From an uncultured Gammaproteobacteria bacterium (lineage in GTDB: Bacteria > Patescibacteriota > Microgenomatia > Daviesbacterales > UBA10151): a DNA stretch of 64,000 nucleotides. Position numbers and translations under genes: made by a program. The DNA lies in contig CAZCNP010000002.1 in NCBI GenBank assembly GCA_964500725.1, forward strand, positions 69,347 to 133,346, read 5' to 3'. Positions 17,738 to 27,972 of the stretch are shown one piece after another. Within the stretch, counting starts at the first letter, position 1, and each line of letters opens with the position of its first letter. The notes below the pieces were generated by a model, which saw only the letters and a program-made list of their open reading frames with translations, was not told the origin of the DNA and ran no database searches.

Positions 17738-19388
17738 ATACTCTTTTTTGATAATATTTTTATTATCAATTCCTGCAGCTTGGGCTCTTTTTGTGCCAGG
17801 GTTTTATGGGGCGTCTGATGATATTCATATAGCCTGGTTAAATCAATTTCACAAGACTTTGATGATGGGTCAAATCCCGCCCAGATTTGTTCCTGATTTA
17901 AGTTTTGGGTTCGGTTATCCTTTATTTAATTTTGTCTTTCCTTTACCATTTTATATAGGAGAGAGCTTTCACCTGTTAGGACTGTCGCTGGTTGATAGTA
18001 TAAAAGCAGTATTTTTTATTAGCATCCCCTTGTCAGGAATATTTATGTATTTGCTGCTGAGGCAATTTACTACAGTTAGCTTTAGTTTAGTGGGAGCAAT
18101 ATTGTATATTTACACCCCTTATAGGGCAGTAGATCTTTATATCAGGGGAGCAATAGGGGAGATTGTTAGTTTTGCAATACTGCCTTTGATACTATTATCA
18201 GTTATAAAAATTATTAAATTTCAATCTATAAGGTGGGTTGGAATAGGAGCACTCTCTCTCGCTTCCCTAGTCTTGTCGCATAATATTACTGCTTATATGT
18301 TTTTTCCTTTTGTAGGATTGTTTCTGATTATACAGATTCTGTTTTTACCCACAAAATGGAAAATTATCCAGCAAACCTTTTTGATGATAATTTTGGGACT
18401 TTTGATCAGCATCTATTTTTGGTTGCCTGCAATAGTGGATAGCGGTCTTATGAAATATGATACTGTTTTTAATTTCTCAGATCATTTTCCCACCATTTTA
18501 CAACTTATTAAACCCTATTGGGGTTACGGCGGGTCTGTTCCTGGGCCTTATGACGGGATGTCATTCTTTTTAGGAGGCGCCAATGTTTTGATTTTGATTT
18601 TTGGTATAGTTATCCTTTTGCTGAAGTGGAAAAAGATTGAAATTGAAAAGAAAATATTGCTAAGTTGGGCTTTGACAGTAATTGCTGTTTCTGTTTTTCT
18701 AATGAATCACCGCTCAGCTTTTGTTTGGGCAAGTGTTCCGATGTTGCCATATTTTCAATTTCCCTGGAGATTTTTAATTTTAACCACCTTTTTTATTCCG
18801 CTTTTAGTTATAGTTTTGGAACAGTTTAAATATAAAAAGTACTTACCTTGGGTTTTGTTGGCAGTAATAGTCGTACCAGCAATATCATACTTTTACCCTC
18901 AAGACTTTTTGGGTAGAAAAGATGAATACTTTCTTAATCGTTATGTTCCTTACCCAACCGCCAGTGAGGAATATAAAAAGACCCAAGAAGAATATCTGCG
19001 GCTGCCAAAGAATACACAAATAAGGCCTGATAAGATTTATCCTGTGGTAACTGGAAATAATTTAAATATTCAGCAGTTAAAAATATTAAATCAGTTAAAT
19101 AGTGTTTTCAAGGTAGAATCAGACAGACAGACAACAGTAAACTATAATAAATATTTTTTTCCAGGCTGGGCAGTTACGGTGGATAATAAAAGAGTTGATG
19201 TTAAAGCAGGATCCCCTTTTGGTCAAATTACTTTTACAGTTCCTGCAGGTGCGCATATGGTAAGAGTTAGTTTTGAGGAAACTCAAGCTAAGAGAGTGCT
19301 GGATGCTATATCTTTGGTTAGTTTTTTAGTATCATTAGGTTTGATTAAAAGTTTATGGATTCGATCAAAAAAAGCTGGCCTTTCTTAG
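17709..19388 (+). CDS. Tandem paralog 3 of the same family (most divergent; lacks the Cys pair).
   Basis: FYGASDDIHIAWLNQFHKTLMMGQIPPRFVPDLSFGFGYPLFNFVFP, FQFPWRFL. Same length and predicted topology. Confidence 0.65.
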   Translation: MMEAEKFLNKYSFLIIFLLSIPAAWALFVPGFYGASDDIHIAWLNQFHKTLMMGQIPPRFVPDLSFGFGYPLFNFVFPLPFYIGESFHLLGLSLVDSIKAVFFISIPLSGIFMYLLLRQFTTVSFSLVGAILYIYTPYRAVDLYIRGAIGEIVSFAILPLILLSVIKIIKFQSIRWVGIGALSLASLVLSHNITAYMFFPFVGLFLIIQILFLPTKWKIIQQTFLMIILGLLISIYFWLPAIVDSGLMKYDTVFNFSDHFPTILQLIKPYWGYGGSVPGPYDGMSFFLGGANVLILIFGIVILLLKWKKIEIEKKILLSWALTVIAVSVFLMNHRSAFVWASVPMLPYFQFPWRFLILTTFFIPLLVIVLEQFKYKKYLPWVLLAVIVVPAISYFYPQDFLGRKDEYFLNRYVPYPTASEEYKKTQEEYLRLPKNTQIRPDKIYPVVTGNNLNIQQLKILNQLNSVFKVESDRQTTVNYNKYFFPGWAVTVDNKRVDVKAGSPFGQITFTVPAGAHMVRVSFEETQAKRVLDAISLVSFLVSLGLIKSLWIRSKKAGLS

Positions 19389-21058
19389 TGGGTTTGGTTT
19401 TATCAGTAAGTTTGCTTTGGCCTCTATTTGTTGCTCCTTTGTTTGCCCATCATGATGATGTGCAGGTGATTAGGCTTTATGAGATGGATAAATGTTTTAA
19501 GGATGGCCAGATCCCTTGCAGATGGGTGCCTGATTTAGGTAATTTGTATGGGTATCCTCTATTTAATTATTATGCTCCACTTCCTTATTACTTTGGGGAA
19601 TTGATTCTTAATCTAACGCGGAGCTTGATAATTTCAGTTAAGGTTATGTTTGCCGTGGCTTTTTTAGGTTCCTACATTTTTATGTATCTTTTAACAAAGA
19701 AATTTTGGGGAGTTTTGGGAGGAAGCTTATCTGCAATATTTTATACTCTTATACCCTATCATGCCTTAGATTTCTACGTTAGGGGCGCAATGGGTGAGAT
19801 GTGGGGATTGATGTTTTTTCCAGCTGTGCTTTGGAGCTTATATAGACTTTATGAAAAAGGAAATATTGCCAATACAACACTTTGCGCAGTATTTATAGCA
19901 GGGCTTTTAACTTCACACAACCTTTCATCCATGCTTTTTATACCTATTGCTATTGTTTGGGTATGGTTTCTGTTTTTTCAAAAGCCAGTTAAAAAGTTTT
20001 TGGTGTTTGTTTTAATTTCTGCAGTGTTAGGTATTTCTCTTGCCTCGTTTTATTTGTTTCCTATGTTACTGGAGAAAAATTTAGTGCATGTTAATACCAC
20101 CACTTATGGTTATTTTTCATACACGGAACATTTTAAAGGATTTAAAAAGTTATTTTTAGATAGATCTTGGGGGTGGGGAGCATCAGTCAGGGAAGTTCCA
20201 GGAGGTGAAAAAGACGGTTTATCTTTTCAAATTGGCTGGGTGCATCTTTTAGGGTGGATATTGGCTGTGATTGCAGCCTGTCAATTGTGGAAGAAGCAAA
20301 GATTTTTAAGCCTAGCAATCGTTCTTTCTTCGACAGTTATCCTATTTAGTATTTTTATGGTACATCCTAGGTCAGAATTTATTTGGAAAAGCATTGAACC
20401 TTTAAAGTTTCTTCAATTCCCTTGGAGATTTTTAATGCTAATCTCCTTATTTATTTCTTTTTGCGTAGGTAGCGCATTACTTTTAGTTAAAAGAAAGATT
20501 GTGATGTGGTTGGGACTTGTGATTGCTGTTTTTGTTTTTAATTTTTCTTACTTCCGTCCAGAAAAATTTTTGTTTATTACAGACAAAGATCTTTTACAGG
20601 GTTCCAATTGGGACCGGCAGATCAAAAGATCCATTTTTGATTACCTGCCTATATACGCCAAAGAACCGCCAGCAGAGCTTGCAAGCGCAAGGTATGAAAT
20701 TATCACAGGAGATAGTAAAATTTTTGATTTCAATGAGGGAACCAATTGGTTTAATTTTAAAACTGAGACCAGTTCTCATACTATCATCCGTTTGTCGCAG
20801 TATTATTTTCCTGAGTGGAAAATATATTTAGACGGCAAGGAAGCACAAGTAGAGTATACAAATAACAGCTTAGGGTTGATGACACTAATTTTGGGAAAAG
20901 GAAATCACAAAATTACGGCAAGACTTTATGATACACCAGTAAGATCTGCGTCAAATATAATAACCGCAGTAGGTTTTATAGTAACTATAATATTATTTTT
21001 AACCTCTATTGAAAGGGTCCGCCATTGGATTGCATATTATAAAAAAAGGATGAATTAA
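19355..21058 (+). CDS. Tandem paralog 4 of the HDD/Cys-Cys family; putative GT-C glycosyltransferase.
   Basis: LFAHHDDVQVIRLYEMDKCFKDGQIPCRWVPDLGNLYGYPLFNYYAP, FLQFPWRFL, LYDTPVRS. Confidence 0.7.
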   Translation: MDSIKKSWPFLVGLVLSVSLLWPLFVAPLFAHHDDVQVIRLYEMDKCFKDGQIPCRWVPDLGNLYGYPLFNYYAPLPYYFGELILNLTRSLIISVKVMFAVAFLGSYIFMYLLTKKFWGVLGGSLSAIFYTLIPYHALDFYVRGAMGEMWGLMFFPAVLWSLYRLYEKGNIANTTLCAVFIAGLLTSHNLSSMLFIPIAIVWVWFLFFQKPVKKFLVFVLISAVLGISLASFYLFPMLLEKNLVHVNTTTYGYFSYTEHFKGFKKLFLDRSWGWGASVREVPGGEKDGLSFQIGWVHLLGWILAVIAACQLWKKQRFLSLAIVLSSTVILFSIFMVHPRSEFIWKSIEPLKFLQFPWRFLMLISLFISFCVGSALLLVKRKIVMWLGLVIAVFVFNFSYFRPEKFLFITDKDLLQGSNWDRQIKRSIFDYLPIYAKEPPAELASARYEIITGDSKIFDFNEGTNWFNFKTETSSHTIIRLSQYYFPEWKIYLDGKEAQVEYTNNSLGLMTLILGKGNHKITARLYDTPVRSASNIITAVGFIVTIILFLTSIERVRHWIAYYKKRMN

Positions 21059-21062
21059 GTTT

Positions 21063-22535
21063 ATGGACGAAAGCGTTGAACAGACTGATCCCACAGAAGA
21101 ATTGGCGCCAGATGCTATAAGCAAACAAGTTAAAAAGGGTGTAGCAATATTAACCTTTCGGACAATAATTATTCAAGCAATTTCATTTTTTTCAAATGCC
21201 TTACTAACAGTATTTCTTTTACCAGTGGAATACGGGGTATTTTTTCTTGTATCTGCCGTAATAAACTTTCTTGCCTATTTTAGCGATATTGGATTTGCTG
21301 CCAGCTTGATTCAGAAAAAGAAACTTGAACACGATGATCTAAAGACAGTGTTTACAGCGCAGCAAATTTTGGTATTAGGGCTAATAGTTATAGTTTTATT
21401 GATGACTCCTTTTATAAGTAGTTTTTATAAGTTTGATCAGGCAGCTTTATACCTGCTTTGGGCGCTAGCTTTATCTTTAGTTTTCTCTTCCCTTAAAACA
21501 ATACCTTCAGTTTTGCTGGAAAGAAAATTGGAATTTAACAAATTGGTTATACCTCAAATTATCGAAACTATTGTTTTTAGTATAACTACTGTTTATCTTG
21601 CCTGGAAGGGCTTTGGGGTGACCAGTTTTACAATTGGAGTAATTGCTAGGGGGTTTTTTGGTTTGGTAGCCACATATATAGTTTCTCCTTGGGTGCCTAA
21701 GATTTCCTTTTCTACCGAGTCTTTCAGATCAATAATGAAGTTTGGGATCCCATACCAAGCAAATACATTTTTGGCGATGATAAAAGATGATGGTATGACA
21801 TTGTTTTTAGGTGGCATTTTGGGAGCAGGGGGAATTGGACTTCTGGGATGGGCTCAGAAGTGGGCTTATGCTCCTCTGAGATTTTTTATGGATCAAGTAA
21901 TAAAGGTTACTTTTCCAGCTTTTTCTAGATTACAGGATAATAGAAAGGAATTATCAGATTTGGTAAGTAAATCAATCTTTTTTATCTGTTTTCTAGTTTT
22001 TCCTTCACTTGTTATGCTATTACTTTTAGCGCCAACTTTAGTAACGATTATTCCAAAATACATTAAATGGAGCCCAGCGCTCTTTGCATTATCTGTCTTA
22101 ACAGTTACCTCAGGGTTGGCTGCAATTACTACACCTTTGACTAATACCTTAAACGCTATAGGTAAAATATCCCTGACTTTTAAGTTTATGATTATGTGGA
22201 CAGTACTGACTTGGGTTTTTGTTCCCCTTCTTGCTTATCTTTACGGCTTAAATGGCGCTGCAATTGGATTTACATTAGTAGGTTTTAGTTCTTTTGTAGC
22301 ATTATATCTAGTATCTAAGTATGTAGATATAAACTATCTTCAAAGTGTTGGAAAGCCTTTACTTGCTTCGGCAGTTATGGGAATTTTTGTTTTTATTATA
22401 AAAAATATTTTACTTGTATCATGGCAGCAGATTATCGTTATGGTTGGTGTTGGCGCAGTTGTATATTCATTGATGATGATTATGGTTGAACCAAAGCTTT
22501 TACTACTAATTAAAGATCAATTTAAAAAGAAGTAA
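21063..22535 (+). CDS. Wzx-like oligosaccharide / polysaccharide flippase (MOP superfamily).
   Basis: 490 aa, about 14 TM helices, polysaccharide-biosynthesis-protein architecture (FLAYFSDIGFAASLIQKK, C-terminal hydrophobic repeats). Confidence 0.7.
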   Translation: MDESVEQTDPTEELAPDAISKQVKKGVAILTFRTIIIQAISFFSNALLTVFLLPVEYGVFFLVSAVINFLAYFSDIGFAASLIQKKKLEHDDLKTVFTAQQILVLGLIVIVLLMTPFISSFYKFDQAALYLLWALALSLVFSSLKTIPSVLLERKLEFNKLVIPQIIETIVFSITTVYLAWKGFGVTSFTIGVIARGFFGLVATYIVSPWVPKISFSTESFRSIMKFGIPYQANTFLAMIKDDGMTLFLGGILGAGGIGLLGWAQKWAYAPLRFFMDQVIKVTFPAFSRLQDNRKELSDLVSKSIFFICFLVFPSLVMLLLLAPTLVTIIPKYIKWSPALFALSVLTVTSGLAAITTPLTNTLNAIGKISLTFKFMIMWTVLTWVFVPLLAYLYGLNGAAIGFTLVGFSSFVALYLVSKYVDINYLQSVGKPLLASAVMGIFVFIIKNILLVSWQQIIVMVGVGAVVYSLMMIMVEPKLLLLIKDQFKKK

Positions 22536-25500
22536 TGAAGAAACTAATATTTCTATTATTGTGCTTGCTGTCAACATTTATTGCCCCTGTAGCTTTTGCT
22601 CAAGGCAATTCTTTTGTCTCAATTGTAAACCCTGTCAGGGGTGATGATTTCTGGGACTTAAAAGATCAAAAGATAGAGACTGCAGTATTAGGACAAATAG
22701 AAATTTTAAATAACTTTACCTTGCCTGCTACATGGTTGATAAGATTTGATGCTTTGGATGAGGGTAGGGTTATCAGAGAATTAAAAAATAGATATCAGGA
22801 CGAAAAGGGTTTATTTTTAGAGGTTACTCCAACTTGGGCTGAAGCAGCGGAAGTTAAATACCGTAAATCCAGTAGTTGGCATGCAGCAGGTAGCGCTTTT
22901 TTAACAGGGTATGAAAGAGATGAAAGAGAAAAACTAATAGATAAAAGTTTTGAAAGGTTTGAAAAAGTCTTTGGATATTTCCCAAAATCTGTAGGAGCAT
23001 GGTGGATAGATAGTTACTCCTTAGACTATATGCAGAATAAATATGGAATAACCTCTGGTTTAATAGTTGCAGACCAGTATACAACTGATAATTACCAAAT
23101 TTGGGGTCAATACTTTTCCACTCCTTATTATCCTGATAAGAAGAACGCTCTTCATCCAGCCCAATCAGAGGAGAATAAAATCCCAGTAGTCTTGTCTCAA
23201 TGGGCAGCAAGGGATCCTGTTAATGGGTATGGAAATGGAGTTTTTGAAAGCACGTTTAGTGTACAACCGAATGATTATATTGATTATCACGAGCTGGATA
23301 CTAATTATTTCTCCAAACTTGTTAATTTATACACAAATCAAGGAATTAATCAATTTGGAGCAATTGTAGTAGGACTGGAAAATACTTACGATTGGAATAA
23401 ATACCAAAATGAGTATAAAAATCAGATCAGCTTTTTAAAACAAAGAAATCAGAAAGGTTTGTTAAGCGTTGTAACATTAGGAGATTTTGCTGATTGGTAT
23501 CAAAAAACTTTTCCCCAAGTTTCTCCAGAGCATGTAATTGTTGCAGATGATCCTCTGGGTTTAAATAAAAAAGTAGTCTGGTTTATGAATCCTTATTATA
23601 GAGTTGGGTGGTTTTATAATAATGACGGAAGTGTGATTAGGGATATCAGGCAATATGTAGAAGGTGAAGAAGAGATCTGTTTTCAAAAAAGCTGCAGTGA
23701 AGTTAACTTTGCAACTTTTGCAACAAGAGTTTTGGATGAGGTAACTTACGGACATAAATTGCTAATTGATGAAGGTGAAATTTCTGATTTTAAAGCTTCA
23801 AGAATAGAGGAAAAGATTAGGATTAGTTATCTAAATGAGGCAGGCAAGCACAGAACAGTTGAATTTTTACCAAGAGATATCAGCATTGATGGAAAAATTT
23901 CCTCTATTGATAGAACTATTCTTGATGCAATTAAGCAGGATACTTCGGAGCAAAACAAACAGACTGATTTTAAAGAAGGAAGTTTTAGCTGGAGTATTGC
24001 AGGAGTGCTATCAAAATCAATTAAGTTTTTATTTTTTTTACTGATAGTTTGTTTGGCGCCAGGACTGATTTTTGCTCATAAATTAATTAAGGAAAATGAA
24101 TTTTTAGCATTAAAGATATTTTTAGCGCTAGTTATTGGAATTGTTTTGTTGACAGTAATGTTTTATATAACAAGCGCATTAAATTTAAGACTATTGCTAC
24201 CTTTGTATATTTTGGCAGCTTTATTATTTTTTATCAAAACTAAACAATTTACTCTGTTTCAGATTAAGCCTCCTAAAGCAATAGACAAACTACAAATAGC
24301 AGCTGTAATTGTAGTTATTTTAGGCACAATTTTTCAAAATATCCCCACTTTCAAAAGTGGTTTAACTTTTTCTTTTGGAATGGGTTTTTGGGGACCCAAT
24401 ACACATGATGGAATCTGGCATATCAGTTTAATAAATCAGTTGATTGCAGGTTTCCCAGTTGAAAACCCAATTTATGCAGGCACTGTGTTAAAAAATTATC
24501 ATTTTTTCTATGATTTGTTAGTTGCATCAGTTGCCTTGATTACTAGACTTCCTGTTGTTGATTTGGTTTTTAGGTTCTTTCCTTTACTTTTTTCTTTATT
24601 ATTAGGGCTTGGTACTTATTATCTTGCAATAAAGCTTTTTACAAGTAGAGTTGGAATAGTAAGAGCAAAAATAGCTGCAATTTTTAGTTTATATTTTGTT
24701 TATTTTGCAGGAAGTTTTGGTTGGATTGTAGAATATATAAAGCAAAAAAGTTTTGGCGGGGAGTCTGCATTTTGGGCAAATCAAGCAATTTCATATAATC
24801 TTAATCCTCCGTTTGCGGTTTCGCTTTTAATAATAATCGCTCTTGTTTACTTGTTGATTATGCATCAGAGAAGAAGTCTATATTGGATATTTACAACAGT
24901 TTTATTGACTGGAAGTTTGATAGGCTTTAAAGCATATGGTGCAGTTTTAATACTAGTATCTTTGTTTGCAATATCAATAGTACATATTTTAAAAAAGGAT
25001 TTTTCATATTTTTTTGTTTTTGTTTTTTCTTTAATTATTACTTTAATAATATTTTTATCAAATTTTGAGCAAAGCGAACAGCTGATTGTTTTTTCTCCTT
25101 TTTGGTTTATTCATTCAATGATAGATTCTCCAGATAGAGTCGGTTGGATTAGGTTAACGATGACTAGAATTGTGGGTTTCCAAACACAGAACTATTTAAA
25201 AATATTTTATGCTGAAGGTTTAAGTCTGCTGATTTTTATTGCTGGAAATTTGGGGATGAGAATATTAAGTCTTTTTTTGCTGCTTAAAATAAAAAGCATC
25301 TCTTCCTCTGGAGGACTTATTATATTAATATTTTCCTTAGCCTCATTTTTAATTCCAACACTCTTTATTCAATCAGGTAATCCTTGGAATACAATTCAAT
25401 TTACTTATTACGGTCTTTATATGACAGCAGTCATTAGCGGTTTGGTGCTATCCTCTTTATTTTTTAGTATTCCTAAGCTGTTATCTATTTTACTAATAAT

Positions 25501-25987
25501 ACCAATATTAATACTAACTCCTATAAATTCAATTACCACAGCCTCTTATTATACGGGTTTTTTGCCTCACGGAAGAGTTGATCATAAAGAATTACAAGCT
25601 CTACATTTTTTATCTTACCAGGATGATGGTGTTGTGCTTACAGTTCCATATGATAAAAAATTAAGGAGTAAAGTTTCAGAACCTTGGCCGCTGTTTATAT
25701 ATGATAGTACTGCTTATGTGTCTGCTCTATCTAAAAAAAGTGTTTACCTGGAGGATGAGCCGCAAAACCAAATCCTTTTGACAGATTACACGAAAAGGTT
25801 AGTCACATCAAAAGACTTTTTCTTAAGACCTATATCAGAAAATCTACAATTCTTAAAAGAGAACAGGATAAAATATATTTATATTCCAAAAATATACAAT
25901 CTAAGACTTGATGAAAGTTCTGGGACAATAATGAACCTTTTCGAGAACGAAGAAGTGGTGATTTATAAAGTGGTCAAATTAGTATGA
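22535..25987 (+). CDS. Large 1150-aa protein: signal peptide, extracytoplasmic domain of about 480 aa of unknown (possibly carbohydrate-active) function, then a polytopic HDGIWHI-motif membrane domain.
   Basis: Signal peptide MKKLIFLLLCLLSTFIAPVAFAQG. C-terminal half has about 14 TM helices with FWGPNTHDGIWHISLINQLIAGFPVENPIYAGTVLKNYHFFYDLL, shared with the next ORF. Confidence 0.6.
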   Translation: MKKLIFLLLCLLSTFIAPVAFAQGNSFVSIVNPVRGDDFWDLKDQKIETAVLGQIEILNNFTLPATWLIRFDALDEGRVIRELKNRYQDEKGLFLEVTPTWAEAAEVKYRKSSSWHAAGSAFLTGYERDEREKLIDKSFERFEKVFGYFPKSVGAWWIDSYSLDYMQNKYGITSGLIVADQYTTDNYQIWGQYFSTPYYPDKKNALHPAQSEENKIPVVLSQWAARDPVNGYGNGVFESTFSVQPNDYIDYHELDTNYFSKLVNLYTNQGINQFGAIVVGLENTYDWNKYQNEYKNQISFLKQRNQKGLLSVVTLGDFADWYQKTFPQVSPEHVIVADDPLGLNKKVVWFMNPYYRVGWFYNNDGSVIRDIRQYVEGEEEICFQKSCSEVNFATFATRVLDEVTYGHKLLIDEGEISDFKASRIEEKIRISYLNEAGKHRTVEFLPRDISIDGKISSIDRTILDAIKQDTSEQNKQTDFKEGSFSWSIAGVLSKSIKFLFFLLIVCLAPGLIFAHKLIKENEFLALKIFLALVIGIVLLTVMFYITSALNLRLLLPLYILAALLFFIKTKQFTLFQIKPPKAIDKLQIAAVIVVILGTIFQNIPTFKSGLTFSFGMGFWGPNTHDGIWHISLINQLIAGFPVENPIYAGTVLKNYHFFYDLLVASVALITRLPVVDLVFRFFPLLFSLLLGLGTYYLAIKLFTSRVGIVRAKIAAIFSLYFVYFAGSFGWIVEYIKQKSFGGESAFWANQAISYNLNPPFAVSLLIIIALVYLLIMHQRRSLYWIFTTVLLTGSLIGFKAYGAVLILVSLFAISIVHILKKDFSYFFVFVFSLIITLIIFLSNFEQSEQLIVFSPFWFIHSMIDSPDRVGWIRLTMTRIVGFQTQNYLKIFYAEGLSLLIFIAGNLGMRILSLFLLLKIKSISSSGGLIILIFSLASFLIPTLFIQSGNPWNTIQFTYYGLYMTAVISGLVLSSLFFSIPKLLSILLIIPILILTPINSITTASYYTGFLPHGRVDHKELQALHFLSYQDDGVVLTVPYDKKLRSKVSEPWPLFIYDSTAYVSALSKKSVYLEDEPQNQILLTDYTKRLVTSKDFFLRPISENLQFLKENRIKYIYIPKIYNLRLDESSGTIMNLFENEEVVIYKVVKLV

Positions 25988-27972
25988 ATATATTCCTTCA
26001 AATATTATTAGGCTTAGGATTTTTATTAGTAGTTTTTATTTGTCTTGTTCTGCCCGGCTATGCTATTTTAAGAAAATTTTTATCAGATTTGGATAAACTT
26101 GAACAATTTACAATCTCAAGTATCCTTGGTTTAGTGGTGTTTACTTTAGTTGCATATACTCTAGCGGTTGTTAATTTAAGGTTTTTAATGTGGGTTTTTC
26201 CTATTGCAGGAGTCTGGGTAATTTATAAATTTAGACAAGAAATACTCTCATTTAAATTAAATATCTCTCGTAAGGCAATTTTTCTTACAGTCTTGATTTT
26301 AGGGGTCATAGGGATGGTAGCAGTTAATGCTCCGTCAGGCTTTCCTTATACAAATGGGATATATTTTTATAGCTCACATGGTCACGACGGAATTTGGCAT
26401 ATTGCTTTAATGGAGCATATGAAAAATTCAATATTCCCTTTTCAGAATCCAGAACTAACCGGAGCAAAACTACAAAATTATCATTTTTTTGTTGATCTTT
26501 TAATGTCTGAATTTAGTAGGATGTTTCGTTTTTCTTCCTTGGATATTTATTTTAGATTTATGCCAGTAGTATTTGCAATTTTATTAGGACTTGGCAGTTT
26601 TATATTTGTAAGAGCTTGGAGTAAATCTGAGGCAGCAGGTATTTGGGCAATGATATTTACATATTTTGCAGGTAGTTTTGGGTATTTATTATATGTTCCA
26701 ACACATAAAAGCTTAGGAGGAGAATCAATATTTTGGGTATCTCAAACACAATCGGTTTTGGGTAATCCTCCCCATGCAGCTGCATTTATTATTGCCTCAG
26801 TGTGTTTATTTATATTCTTAAAGTATCTAGCGACTCGAAGGTTAATCTATTTCCTGCTTTGCGCAATTTTGGTAGGTTCGATTATCGAGTTTAAGGTTTA
26901 TGCAGGAGTTCTAATTCTGGGAGGATTTTTACTTGTAGGAATTTATGAATTATTTTTTAAAAAAATATTTAGTACTATTTTATTGTTTTTGACTACATTT
27001 TCTATTTCATTGCTTATATATTTACCTAACAGCCAAAACTCGCAGGATTTTTTGCTTTGGCAACCATGGTGGTATATCAGGACAATGGTTGTTGCATCAG
27101 ATAGGCTCAATTGGTTAGATTTGGAACTTAGAAGGCAGACCTATATTTCAGAGAACAATTGGAAGCGGGTAATACAAGTTGAGGCAACTGCATTTGTTAT
27201 TTTCTTGTTAGGTAATTTGGGGATGAGGTTTTTAGGATTTTGGACTTTTATTAAAAAGATAAAATTAAATTTATTTAAAAGTACTTTTGATATATTTTTT
27301 CTTTCAATTACTTTAGCCTCTTTTTTTATCCCAGTATTTTTTTTGCAAAAGGGTGTTGCGTGGAACTCTATACAATTTAACCAGTATTTTCTGCTATTTT
27401 TTGGCTTTCTGGCAGCAGTTTCAGTAGCTGAAATAATATCTTTTGTTAAAAATAGATTGGCCAAAGTGATTATTTCATTATTAATAATTATTCTTGCTGT
27501 TCCTACCCAAATTGGATTATTGTGGCAGTTTTATTCCAATACTGCGCTTTCGAAAATAACTTATAAAGAGCTTGATGCTTTAAATTTCTTAAAAAATAAA
27601 TCTCCAGAAAAGGCAATCGTATTGACTGCTCCGTTTAATGGTTACGAAAGAGATAAATATACTAATCCTCCAATACCTATATATGCTTGGTATGATACAG
27701 GCTATGTTTCTGCCTTTTCTGGAAAGTCAACTTTAATAGCAGATGAAGAGCAGGTAAACATCATGGGATACGATGTGGAACAATTATTAAAAGAGAGGAA
27801 AGAGGCTTTTGAAAGTGATAATTTTGGGATAATGAATAATTTCTTAAAAAAATATAATATAAATTTTATATACCTTGTTTGGAATCAAAAGATTACAGCC
27901 AATAAAGGGTCCTTAAACGCTGATTTAGTTTTTCAAAATGAAGATGCTAAGGTATTTAAGGTAAGACAATGA
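25984..27972 (+). CDS. Polytopic membrane protein, paralog of the C-terminal domain of the preceding gene (HDGIWHI family); putative glycan polymerase or GT-C transferase.
   Basis: YSSHGHDGIWHIALMEHMKNSIFPFQNPELTGAKLQNYHFFVDLL is the same loop motif. ATGA overlap with the upstream gene. C-terminal soluble domain of about 150 aa. Confidence 0.6.
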   Translation: MNIFLQILLGLGFLLVVFICLVLPGYAILRKFLSDLDKLEQFTISSILGLVVFTLVAYTLAVVNLRFLMWVFPIAGVWVIYKFRQEILSFKLNISRKAIFLTVLILGVIGMVAVNAPSGFPYTNGIYFYSSHGHDGIWHIALMEHMKNSIFPFQNPELTGAKLQNYHFFVDLLMSEFSRMFRFSSLDIYFRFMPVVFAILLGLGSFIFVRAWSKSEAAGIWAMIFTYFAGSFGYLLYVPTHKSLGGESIFWVSQTQSVLGNPPHAAAFIIASVCLFIFLKYLATRRLIYFLLCAILVGSIIEFKVYAGVLILGGFLLVGIYELFFKKIFSTILLFLTTFSISLLIYLPNSQNSQDFLLWQPWWYIRTMVVASDRLNWLDLELRRQTYISENNWKRVIQVEATAFVIFLLGNLGMRFLGFWTFIKKIKLNLFKSTFDIFFLSITLASFFIPVFFLQKGVAWNSIQFNQYFLLFFGFLAAVSVAEIISFVKNRLAKVIISLLIIILAVPTQIGLLWQFYSNTALSKITYKELDALNFLKNKSPEKAIVLTAPFNGYERDKYTNPPIPIYAWYDTGYVSAFSGKSTLIADEEQVNIMGYDVEQLLKERKEAFESDNFGIMNNFLKKYNINFIYLVWNQKITANKGSLNADLVFQNEDAKVFKVRQ

